Shown here piece after piece: positions 1-10,846 of a stretch of DNA of 46,690 bases (the stretch's first letter is position 1; every line of letters begins with the position of its first letter). Below the pieces are notes generated by a model. The model saw only the letters and a list, made by a program, of their open reading frames with translations, did not search any database and had not been told where the DNA came from. Where the stretch lies: contig NW_014577065.1 in NCBI RefSeq assembly GCF_000485595.1, forward strand, positions 49,696 to 96,385, in the 5' to 3' direction. The stretch is from Priapulus caudatus. Taxonomy: Eukaryota. The translations under genes and the position numbers were made by a program.

Positions 1-288
1 GAGGTGGGAGAGAGGGTGAGGTGAGAGGGTGAGGTGGGATAGAGGTTGAGGTGAGAGGGTGAGGTGAGAGAGTGGGTGAGGTGAGAGGGTGAGGTGGGAG
101 AGTGGTTGAGGTGAGAGGGTGAGGTGGGAGAGTGGGTGAGGTGAGAGGGTGAGGTGGGAGAGTGGGTGAGGTGAGAGGGTGAGGTGGGAGAGTGGGTGAG
201 GTGAGAGAGTGAGGTGGGAGAATGGTTGAGGTGAGAGGGTGAGGTGGGAGAGTGGTTGAGGTGATAGGGTGAGGTGGGAGAGTGGTTA
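1..288 (+). repeat. G-rich minisatellite, 30-bp unit (two related 15-mers) GAGGTGGGAGAGTGGGTGAGGTGAGAGGGT, in GOLGA5 intron
   Basis: About 9.5 tandem copies visible from the window start. Confidence 0.95.
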
Positions 289-456
289 TACCAATTATAC
301 CAATTATTGCTACTTTATTACATGTTATTGTTGTTTGTATGTAATTTGTTAACCAATTATACCATATATTACTGCGTTGAATGAAATAAGTTCATTGGAT
401 TTCGTTGAAAACTATGAATTCCTATTTATCTTGTGTTAAATCCAAGAAATTAACTT

Positions 457-505
457 ACTATCAAAATTTTTGATCTCCCTTCGGGAAAATCTTCATCAGG
501 ATGTG
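457..505 (-). ncRNA. Degenerate minimal (Penelope-type) hammerhead ribozyme motif
   Basis: Minus strand reads ACATC-CTGATGA-AGATTTTCCC-GAA-GGGAGATC-AAAA-ATTTT-GAT. This gives a CUGANGA core, a stem II, a GAAA box mutated to AAAA, a palindromic AAAATTTT stem III and a short ATC/GAT stem I. Confidence 0.45.
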
Positions 506-717
506 CCGTCACCCTAGGTGGCAGCAGGAGACATCATGAAGTTCGTGAAGTGTTACACTCGAGGGGCCTGCCCTAGAAAAGGGACGAAGGATCGTAAAAC
601 TCTCACATATATATGACAATTTACTGAAGCCGAGGCCGCCCACCTGAATTGAAATATGAATTCTGAGTTATGTGTTATTGTTGTTTGTTTACATGTTGTT
701 GATTGCTTACTGTGTAG

Positions 718-867
718 CTGACGACTAAGGCGGCAAGTACTAGTTCTGAGAGCGAGCTGGAGGCACGTCTGCACGCACTCACAGAGAGTCTCATACAGAA
801 GCAGACGCTGCTGGAAGCGCTCAGCACAGAGAAGAACTCAATCCGCCTGCAGCTGGAGCGGACCGAA
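718..867 (+). CDS. GOLGA5: Golgin-84 (golgin subfamily A member 5), internal exon, coiled coil
   Basis: AG/GT-bounded phase 0-0 exon LTTKAASTSSESELEARLHALTESLIQKQTLLEALSTEKNSIRLQLERTE, matching the conserved golgin-84 ELE.RL..LTE.LIQKQT.LE.LSTEKNS motif. Confidence 0.93.
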
Positions 868-1156
868 GTACGTGCAGGCTCCTGCCCCACCACAGACATA
901 CGACATTTGGAAGGTCCTTCCCCCTAATAAGGACCTTTTCTTAGCGGGCGGACGAGGGGTGGGGGTGTGTGTGTGGGGGCAGGAGGAATTGTGGAGGATT
1001 CACGAGGGGAAGGACGTATCACGAGTTGTCTGCATGGGTAGAACGTTGTGGAAACAGCATAAGATGATGTCAGTCTTCGAAATTAGATTTTCACCGTTGT
1101 TCCAATTTGTTATGCCATCGTTTGCTGTCACGCTCACCTGTACGTGTGTGTGACAG

Positions 1157-1335
1157 GTACAGTACAAGGAGGCTGAGAGACAGCTGATGCGGGCCACCGC
1201 GTCTGCGGTCAGCATCAACGACGACGACGACGGTCTGAGGGCGCGCGGCGTGCCGTCCCTGCTCAGGGAGAACCCGTATGATAACAAGATGGCGAAGAGC
1301 GTGAAGAAAGCCTACAACTCCATCGATGAATTCAG
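1157..1335 (+). CDS. GOLGA5: Golgin-84 exon
   Basis: cag|GTACAG...TTCAG|gtgcg; VQYKEAERQLMRATASAVSINDDDDGLRARGVPSLLRENPYDNKMAKSVKKAYNSIDEF; phase 2 fits the next exon. Confidence 0.9.
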
Positions 1336-1573
1336 GTGCGAATTGTTGTAGATGGGCATTATGTGAGCGAGGGTTTCTTGATTACAGCTCTTCGATAGCC
1401 ATATTAACCAAGTCTATGCTGGGGCAAGATCTGACAGCAGATCTAGTTTGCTTCGGTAGATAGGTGTCAGCAGAAGTTGCTCTGAGCCCAACATTACACT
1501 TTAGATATAGAGCTGTTTCATAGTCTTTAGAGCTGTTCTTGGTGGCGTATTTATTCTTTTTGATTCATTTGTT

Positions 1574-1614
1574 CAAGAGCTAATAATACCATACATAGGT
1601 ATTATTAGCTCTTG
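1574..1614. mobile_element. Tiny hairpin MITE (CAAGAG...CTCTTG), 7-bp TSD
   Basis: Perfect inverted arms, flanked by ATTTGTT on both sides. Confidence 0.75.
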
Positions 1615-1979
1615 ATTTGTTGTGTAAGGGTTGAATGATATAACCCAGGTTAACCCTAACATATATGCCTGAACGAGATAATCTCGCACCCCTCAGATTC
1701 GGTTGTTAGGTCGGTCGAGCGAACCTAGAGATTGTATGAGATGCATACCAAAAAGCTCGCCTAGTTGTTACTAAGTATTTTCCATCGCAACGCTGATTAA
1801 CTAGAGCTGCCTGTGAATCACGTCAGGTGGATACAATTCAATAATAATTCTTCTATGGGTATAATATTAGCTTAATACACAACAGTCCAAGTAAGAGCTT
1901 CAGTGGACAGGTTAAAGTTGAAATGAGCCTGTGAATACACTAATAGTATCTAATGCTATTTTGGGGTGATTGATTCTAG

Positions 1980-2043
1980 TGTGAGACTCGGGTTGTTTCT
2001 GCGGAGGTACCCCATCGCTAGGACGTTTGTCATATTTTACATG
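1980..2043 (+). CDS. GOLGA5: Golgin-84 exon (pre-TM region and start of TM)
   Basis: (S)VRLGLFLRRYPIARTFVIFYM, the hallmark golgin-84 FLRRYP.AR motif; tag|...|gtaaga. Confidence 0.93.
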
Positions 2044-2396
2044 GTAAGACTCACCACTCACTAGTTTTATTTGTGCTGCCACGTTTTGTTTTTTGCACTC
2101 GGTAATTATCCGAAAGGATTTTTAATGTCACACACTATTGTGTATATGGATTGATTGACTGAGTTGAATTCATTGGGTCGAAGTATGTAAAAAATATAGG
2201 TTCAAGATTCAAGATGTTAATTTCTGCATAATTCATGAACATACAATGTCACATAACACTAGTAACAGTCAGTCAGTGACAACACTAGAACACACATAAC
2301 TTCACATGTAAAAATATAAAATATGTGCACTACACCTGACAACTATGTCACAATTTACATATACACAATATGTAATTGACCTTTTGATATTTTTAG

Positions 2397-2525
2397 CTGC
2401 TTCTCCATCTGTGGGTGATGGTCGTACTGCTCACCTACACGCCAGAGATGCATGCACATGGTTGCTCTCCCGACAACGGGCTGCCGTCCGCTCCCGACAA
2501 CGTGCTCCCCGGTGCAATTACCTAG
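2397..2525 (+). CDS. GOLGA5: Golgin-84 last coding exon (C-terminal TM anchor, stop)
   Basis: ttttag|LLLHLWVMVVLLTYTPEMHAHGCSPDNGLPSAPDNVLPGAIT*; HLWV...LLTYTPEMH is conserved in golgin-84. Confidence 0.93.
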   Translation: MLLHLWVMVVLLTYTPEMHAHGCSPDNGLPSAPDNVLPGAIT

Positions 2526-2654
2526 TGATCAATCAAGGTCGTCATCGTCTCCTCAAACACATGCAGGCATGATATAGCAGGCGATATATGTCGACCCACG
2601 ATTAGACAAGTCGGAATGGGGATTTACTGGAAATAGGGTAGCGCGTGTGGGCGA

Positions 2655-2795
2655 TTATGCGTGCATGTGTACATGTGTGATGAGTACGTGCGTGCGTGTG
2701 TACATGTGTGATGAGTACGTGCGTGCCTGTACATGTGTGATAAGTACGTACGTGTGTGCGTGTACATGGGTGCATGTACACGTGTGTGCATGCAT
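2655..2795 (+). repeat. Short tandem repeat (GTACATGTGTGATGAGTACGTGCGTGC-like) in the presumed GOLGA5 3' UTR
   Basis: About 4 degenerate ~30-bp copies. Confidence 0.75.
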
Positions 2796-5700
2796 ACTAG
2801 GGCTGCCCATGTAGTCCTTATCTCCCACTGTAGGGCTCGCAAAGTACTTATGAACTGTAAAATTGTATAAATACGTACGTATAATAATTATGACACGTAC
2901 GTAATCACAACAGTGATGAGAAGTGGCAGCAAGTCTTTGGAGTATGGCAGGCACACTGGCAACGTGCTCACTAGCACCGACACTACTCAACTCGGATACA
3001 GCCGGAAATTCGTGTTTTTAGTTGGTTTGCATTCGGTAAATGACCTAACGTGGCCAAGCTACGGTGAGTTGTTTGATTTGAGAGCAAGTCTAAAGTCACA
3101 ATGTTTATCTTGCCGACTCGCATATTTTTCTATAGTATCACAGGCTAATATCACAGGCTATAACACTCTTACCTTGCCATGCTGCAAAGATCCACTGCAG
3201 TTTCCCATCACTGTTGGTCGTATAGCTATGATAAGGGAGTGAAGGGCTTCACAAGTAGTGCTACGTGTGTACATTCATGAACGCATGAGTGATAGGTTCT
3301 ACTAAAAATTTACCGATGTGCTAGCAGTGAATGCATCCACCCCTCTATGCAGGGCTGTGATTAAGAATGCTGTTTACTGCTGTACATGTGTATAGTAATT
3401 GCACGTATGCTATGAATTGTAGCCTCTCAAATTGAGGAGCCTCTTTTTCAGTCATTGCATGAAAATCTAGACTTATTGTTATGGAGTAGTTAATGATTAC
3501 AGCCCCTCCTATTGTCTATTACTTCTGCTGTCTGACACTTACTATTACCATGAGAACAACTGGGTAGTTATTGACTGCAGCCACCAAAGTGGTATTTTAC
3601 AAACGAACAGAGGTATGTTCAAGATAAGGTCAAGATAAAAGTTTAGACCTTAACAAACAATAAGGTCTCGTTCTACGAGTTTCCTCGTTGCCCTAACCGT
3701 ATCCACCCCTCGACTTGATGCGCAGACTGATGAAAATTATGTGATAGATTATTCACATTTTTAATGATAAATTTATTTTACTTGTATACTGGCTATACGA
3801 ATTTCCTTGACATTGCTTTACCGCTAATTATCTCTACTATTTTCGTACAATATGGGACCATTTCTCGTATTTAACTAACTGTACCATATGTGCAGAAGAT
3901 CGTCTATTAAAAACTGGCTACCTACCAATATATCAAATTCTAGGTTGGCTTACTGCAAAAAAGAACAAATAAATCAGAAAGCACCTACTTTGTAATATTG
4001 TATTAGCAAGTTGGCAAATGAAGTGTAAGGATGAAATGCAACATGTTGGTAGTTGTACTGCTAACTGATACATAACTGATATGATACTACTATATATACT
4101 ATATACTATATAGTATAGATACTATATACGATATACTATATACATACTAAAATGATAACATAACTGGTACAGCAATGTTTTGATGTACTCCGCAACTCCT
4201 ACCTCCATTCCGGTGACATCGAACTTCAGTTGTTATGTACGATCCTGTGGCTAGTGATAAATGGTTAGTTATACCATGAACATTGTATACTAGGGTACAC
4301 CATATTACATAAGTATACTGTTCAGTATACATATGGTCATACTTATGTTCAGCGGGCCATGAGACAGTTCAACGCTTAAAACGCATGTAACATTAAAGAA
4401 TTTTTATAGGTTTGTTGGACACCAATGTATCTCCTAGGAAAGCACCAACATGAGTTTTTTGTTAATTTCCTTATATATCAGTTAGCAATATTTGGTGCCA
4501 ACTAAAAAGTCATTGTACTTGACAGTCCTGTTACTAGAAGAAAAATTTCCAGTGGTATGCCCCTCTTGATAATCTCATAATATGTGAGTATAAAACTTGC
4601 TATACAATATGTAGGGTGTCTTCCAAGACAGTGACGTAATGATTAGTTATATTTGTAGAAACTGTTGATTGGTGTTCCTGATGGCACGTAGAACCTGGTG
4701 TACAGCGCCAATTATTTATTGGTTAGGTCATTTTTCACATGGGAAAATTACGTGGAGTGAGTCTACCAGCACTGCCTGTTGTAATAGGGAATGCACAGGT
4801 TGGTGGAATTTGGATCAAATGATGTGCGATTTTAATGTCACCAACAGACTTGAGGTGATGCAGTCCAGGACACACCACCATTAAATGACTTGATCGAGAT
4901 GTTTATATGAAGCCATTGATACATGCATGACGTGTTGTTATATCCCAGGTTCGAAAGGTAAATGTTTTTCAAAAAACAAGGAATGATGCAAATCATGTCT
5001 ATCTTTGTGTTAGGGTACAAGAGTGAGGGTCTTAAAACATCAATCCAATCACGAGAATATAATAAAATATCAGGAGTGAATAATAGATAAGTGATAATAT
5101 ATGTTATAATACTATCTGTTGTTACGTTAACACGTGTGTAGCAAACATGACATGCAGCTACTATTGGCAATTTTTATTGTTGGGAAACCCACTTGTTATA
5201 TTTATCTGGTACCCTTGATGACATCATTCTAGTTCTCATCACAGTAATCGTCAGCAATTGCTTGCTATTAGAGGTCACATGGTGGTAACCAGGGTGAGCT
5301 TTTATCATTGTACAGAAATGCAGAAATATATTGTATAATAAAGACAAATGTATGTGGTCAAGATTAACCAAATATGATTGTTGTTTGTTTAGTGTACTCA
5401 CGAATGCCAAATAAGAGTGTAACCTCCTATGCATCTGTAGATACTGCATTGCATGCATGGGCGCAAATGCCATGAGGGCACGGGCGAAACGCCCCCCCCC
5501 CACTTTTCGAAGGGTGGGCGACACGATATCAAATGTCCCCCCAGGTTTTTGAACATGTGCTTCTGCATAATTATAAGCCCCTTCTATAATATTATTATAT
5601 TGTGCTTGTCTCCACTAAATGGAAAAAATAGAAAGTATAAAATAGGACTCCCGATTGATAGCCTAAACTGAATACAGGAACCGCGACCGTATACTGCTGC

Positions 5701-5952
5701 TAGGTGGCCTAGGTAGGGGATATGTAAAGTATTTGCTAGTCTCGAGTTCCAGAATCTTGTTACTCCATATCCGATCCTACAAGCATGCACATGGATTTAA
5801 CGTAGACTTGTAATATGTAAGGCTAGTACGCGCGCGCTCGCTAGCTCTCCAGTAGCTATTGCTATCTGTGGTAGATATGTACATTCGCATATATGTTATA
5901 TATACATATCGTGATATCGTATATATATTACGTATAATTATTATTTAGGTCG

Positions 5953-6205
5953 TAGGGGAGACCGGGGACAATTGTAACACTTTTTTTCCAAATCTGACAT
6001 AACAACTTTATTATAGTTAAATACTTACTTCAATGTATATGAAATTAAAGATGCATATCTTGGCTTGAAATATGACTAGGTTTGGGTTAAGTAAAACAAG
6101 TTATTTTGAAGCCATTATCATTTCAAAACTGGAAGTCAAGTGTTACCCCGTGTTACCCACAACACGGGGCAATTGTAACACACCAATGGGGCAATTGTAA
6201 CACAT
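5953..6205 (+). mobile_element. DNA transposon terminus (TA-GGGGAGACCGGGG) with subterminal GGGGCAATTGTAACAC repeats
   Basis: Motif repeated at ~5964, ~6165 and ~6188; partner end not found. Confidence 0.45.
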
Positions 6206-6289
6206 ACAATTGTACCAACAAATCATATCCCTCAGAAAGATTTTTTATATTTTTTATAAAGGTGACACGTTAGACAGATTTTCAATCGA

Positions 6290-8886
6290 TAAATATATTC
6301 AAAGATATTGCGCATGCGCTAATACACAAACGTAGCCTGATTGCTGTAACTCGGCTGAGTATACGCAGCGGCGCCGACCTTCACATGCCCAGGTCATCCT
6401 ACCTATTTCTTTAATTTTGCAAAATACGATTTCTTTCTCGCGAAGATATGCGCCAATGCGCGCTGCACCATGTTAAGGCGTGCAGTGCGCTCTGAGCGCA
6501 AACATTATAATATAGCTTGCGTAGGAAACGAGGGTGCGCATGGGCAGACTAAGGGAAAGGGCGACAGCGGACATAGCTGGGGGCCGCGGCTAGAAGAAGT
6601 CATGAAGGGCTCGAGCGCCAGCGGACAGGCGAGGACAAGGGGAAGGCACGCCGAGGCGCTTTAAGTAAGTTGTGCTTGTACCCTACATGCATAGAGCGCC
6701 TCTCCTCATAATTATAAAACAGGTCTACTGATAAAAGTTTATTTAGGAAATCTATGTTGAGATAACCTCCCTAACCATTTTAAATGCATATTCATCACAA
6801 AATATAAACTCTTTCTGGCGCAAGATATTGCGTATTGCGCTAACACACTACGCTGGCCTGATTGTGCTACCTGGGCTGCGTTACGCAGCGCGGCCGACCT
6901 TAATGCAATGGTCTTCCTCCTATTTCTTTAAATGATGTCTACTGATGGAATGTATATCATACAAATTTCTTCTAGGATAACTCTTCCTCATTTTAAATCC
7001 ACTAATATTTGCCAAAATACGGCATTTCTCTCGGTATATACTGCCGGCATGCGCGCGCACCGTGTTAGTCGCTGCGAGTGCCGTCTGCAGGCCCAAACAT
7101 TATAATATAGCTTGCTTGATGGGAACGAGCGGATGGCGAGACTGCGGGAAAGGCGGCAGGAACATAGCTGGCGCGCTAGAAGAGCATGAGCGCCCTTGCG
7201 CGAGGCGCGACATGGAGAACAAGCGAGGAAGAACGCCGAAGGCCATAAAGTATGTGTAAATATAAGAATAACACCTACATAGCTAGAGCGCTCTCCTAAT
7301 TATAAACAGAGGTCTACTGATAAAGTTTATTGAGGAAATCTATGCTGAGCATACCCCTAACCATTTTAAATGCATATTTATCACAAAATTTAACTTCCTC
7401 TGGTGGAGATATTGCCGCATGCCTGCTAACAACTTAACGCAGCCAGATGTGTTTGTAACTGGCTCGGTATACGCAGGCGGGGCACCGTTACGTGCAAGCC
7501 GGTCTTCCTCCTATTTCTTAAATGATGTCTACTGATGGAATGTTATCATATAAATCTATGCCTAGGATAACTACTCTTCATTTTTAAAATGCATAATCCT
7601 CGCAATATGCGCATGCGCGCGCACTCGCTGTTTAGGCGCTGCAGTGCCGTCTTGCATGCAAACTTTCATAAATATAGCTTGCTACGGCGGCTGAGAGGGG
7701 ATGGGAGACTGAGGCAGGAGGCGGCAAGCGAAGATAGCTGCGGGCGCGCGCATAGAAAAAGAAGGAGCGCTGAGCGAAGGGACAAAAGGGAGGAGGCCAA
7801 GGCGAAGGCTGCGAAGGCATAATAGTTAGGTGTTTTGCTACCACTACATGCTAGCAGCGCTTCTCCTAATTATAAACAGAGGTCTACTGATAAAAGTTTA
7901 TTAAGGAAATCTATGCTGAGATACCCCCTAACCATTTTAAATGCATATTTATCACAAAATTTAACTCCTCTGGTGAGATATTGCGCATGCGCTAACAAAC
8001 TAACGCAGCCAGATTGTGTACTGGCTGGTATACGCAGCGGGGACCTTACGTGCAAGGTCTTCCTCCTATTTCTTAAATGATGTCTACTGATGGAATGTTA
8101 TCATATAAATCTATGCTAGGATAACTACTCTTCATTTTAAATGCATAATCCTTGCAATATACGATTTCTCACGGGAGATATTGCGCATGCGCGCGCACCG
8201 TGTTAGGCGTGCAGTGCCGTCTGATGCAAACTTCATAATATAGCTTGCTGCGGGGGAGAGGGGATGGGAGACTGAGGAGAGGCGGCAAGGAAGATAGCTG
8301 GGGCGGTAGAAAAAGAAGGAGGCTGAGCGAGGGACAGGGGAGGCAAGGGGAAGGACGCGAAGGCATAAAGTAGGTGTTTTGTACCCTACATGCTAGAGCG
8401 TTCTCCTAATTATAAACAGAGGTCTACTGATAAAAGTTTATTAAGGAAATCTATGCTGAGATACCCCCTAACCATTTTAAATGCATATTCATCACAAAAT
8501 ATAACTCCTCTTGTGAGATATTGCGCATGCAATGGCAATGATATACATGCAAGGTCTTCCTTCTATTTCTTAAACGATGTCTACTGATGGAATGTTATCA
8601 TATAAATCTATGCTAGGATAACACCTCTTCATATTAAATGCATAATCCTTGCAATATACGATTTCTCACGGGAGATATTGCGCATGCGCGCGCACCGTGT
8701 TAGGCGTGCAGTGCCGTCTGAGGCAAACTTCATAATATAGCTTGCTGCGGGGGAGAGGGGATGGGAGACTAAGGAGAGGCGGCAGGGAAGATAGCTGGGG
8801 GCGGTAGAAAAAGAAGGAGGCTGAGCGAGGGACAGGGGAGGCAAGGGGAAGGACGCGAAGGCATAAAGTAGATGTTTTGTACCCTA
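6290..8886 (+). repeat. Tandem satellite, ~500-590-bp unit, about 5 copies, ends at an N gap
   Basis: Marker CCTACATGCTAGAGCG..TAATTATAAACAGAGGTCTACTGATAAAAG recurs at ~6682, ~7275, ~7843 and ~8384; a further unit starts at ~8881. Confidence 0.93.
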
Positions 8887-8896
8887 NNNNNNNNNN
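8887..8896. other. Assembly gap (10 N)
   Basis: N run. Confidence 1.
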
Positions 8897-9149
8897 GTGC
8901 TAACTGTGTGACACAGTTAGCATGATTAAGATGAAGAGGAAAATAATAATGATGAAAATAATAATGCAAAAAATGTCTGACACGTGAAAACAGAGAACAG
9001 TGTTAGAAACCAAATGTGGCCTTCTTTGAGTCACACTTTGCAACAAAATCCTTTGCAATTGCTTCAATATCGATTCCAGAACACGTGATAAAAAACAATC
9101 GCGTTGATTGAATCTGAATCACAGTTATCACACTGCACTTGACCACCTG

Positions 9150-9241
9150 GACCCGGTTCCACAGTCGTGGATTAACTTTAACCCTGAGTTAAGGAATTTA
9201 ACTCAGAGTTAAGAGTTAACCCACGACTGTGGAACCGGGTC
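9150..9241. mobile_element. Palindromic PIF/Harbinger-type MITE, CTG TSD
   Basis: GACCCGGTTCCACAGTCGTGG...CCACGACTGTGGAACCGGGTC flanked by CTG/CTG. Confidence 0.8.
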
Positions 9242-9850
9242 CTGGGGTTTTATTTATTTTAACTTTCACCTGTGAAATATGGATGTTTCACGATAATAAA
9301 CGCTTATCGGACTATATTTTGGACCTCCCAGATAATAAGGTCTTCCAGAAGTTGGGGAGGTCCACATAAAAGTCGGGGGGTGGGGGTCGTGACTCCCCCG
9401 ACCCCCTCAGTGGTTGCGCCCATGCATGCAAGAATTAAGACCTCTGTTAATTTTTACGAGTGTACCCTCACATTCACGAAAATGACATAAGTCTCAATCT
9501 CGCCATGCTCTCTATCCTTGAACCAAATCATTTAGTATACCCGTAACTTCATTCATGTCAATTTTGGTGCTTTTACCACAAAACCCACAATTTTTTTCAC
9601 ATATCTGCCCCCACTATATCACTTGACGAGCCTTGCTCATGCTCATTTCCCATTACAAAACATGCAAAAAAAGTGCAAAATATTCAAAGAATTTTTTCCC
9701 CCATGACGATTTTTGCGGATTTTGGATATGTTGTTCTATGACACATACTGCTCATCTGGTGTAAAAAATAGCGATGAAAGGGAAAATAGCGGATTCGTCC
9801 AAGAGATTTTTCATTTGCTAACTTGATTACCATAAAACTTGCTATGCTAG

Positions 9851-9951
9851 TGACGTCATGACAAACATTATTACCCAACCAATGTAATCGCACGTACATG
9901 TTGCGGAGTACGTCGCAACAGCGTGTCGAGTAAAAAACCTTGGCGGTGAGT
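9851..9951 (+). promoter_or_regulatory. Candidate SLC18B1 promoter and non-coding first exon
   Basis: Perfect CRE TGACGTCA (9851-9858), CCAAT (9879-9883), a CpG-rich stretch, then a consensus donor GCG|GTGAGT at 9946. Confidence 0.4.
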
Positions 9952-10374
9952 ACTGATTACTCATTACTGAGTACTGAGTAGTAGGTTGTGTGCATAATAA
10001 TATTAATATGTAAATATTAATAATAAATTTATAGATTTCATGTGTCTGAAATAGATATAGTTATTTTCTGAAATATGATTGATGTCACGTTTTTATAAAC
10101 AACATCGCTGACCAGTGACCTCGCGCACCATCACTGCATCATCGACCTCGCTATGTTGATAGCGTGAATAATGGCATTATTAATATTATTATGGTTACAG
10201 AATTAGGTACAATAATTCAACACAACGTAGTAGGTTAATACTGTGCTTACTGTTGGGTTGCTTTACTGTATACTGTGGCTGAGTATGTGGTGTTGTCATG
10301 ACATAAGTTACTGTTAATGTTACTATTAGTATTACTATTAGTATTAGTAGTAATAGTATTACTATTCGTCTTAC

Positions 10375-10416
10375 CAGGAGTAAGATAATATAGGATCCTA
10401 TATTATCTTACTCCTG
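10375..10416. mobile_element. Tiny perfect hairpin (CAGGAG...CTCCTG), variant of the CAAGAG family
   Basis: CAGGAGTAAGATAATATAGGATCCTATATTATCTTACTCCTG; flanking 7-mers match 5/7. Confidence 0.55.
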
Positions 10417-10744
10417 GTATTAGTATTACTATTAGTATTACTGTTAGTGTTACTCACTTACTGTAGTGTAGTGTAGGCTAATCCGCCTATCTAATAGTAA
10501 TAGTAGGGGCCTATTAGTATTATAATTTATATTACCCCGTACAGACTGCAAATTTGATACCACATCAAACTAATCCAGGAATGACAGGAATGGCCCGGGC
10601 CAAATTTTTACAGTGTGTACACGCTAACCCCGTGCTACATATGCGCTAGTCTAGACTAATCGATCTGGCCTCGCAAATGAAGGATCGAGGGCCTGGCCCG
10701 TGATCAATTTCGCAATATGCATGCATGCACATGACATAGCCTTA

Positions 10745-10821
10745 AGCCCGCCGCACACGCTGTGTTTTGTGCTGCGCCATCGGCCACGCGTGGCTGATGG
10801 CGCAGCACAAAACACAGCGTG
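10745..10821 (+). mobile_element. Left end of a PIF/Harbinger-type MITE, truncated by the gap
   Basis: TTA|AGCCCGCCGCACACG..., the exact reverse complement of the end at 18373|TTA. Confidence 0.85.
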
Positions 10822-10846
10822 NNNNNNNNNNNNNNNNNNNNNNNNN
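10822..10846. other. Assembly gap (25 N)
   Basis: N run of exactly 25. Confidence 1.

Larger units (their letters stand above)
5456..9424. mobile_element. Possible composite non-autonomous hAT-like element with CATGGGCGCAA/TTGCGCCCATG termini enclosing the satellite
   Basis: 11-bp inverted termini and GC-rich subterminal regions typical of invertebrate hAT-like MITEs; the flanking 8-mers match only 5/8. Confidence 0.35.

Noticed and set aside
6290..8886. CRISPR-like array or repeated small genes (the repeated SPNYKQRSTDKS ORFs); NRF1-like GCGCATGCGC cluster
   Set aside because: Whole units repeat with no unique spacers, ORFs are not preserved between units, and the motifs are simply part of the satellite.
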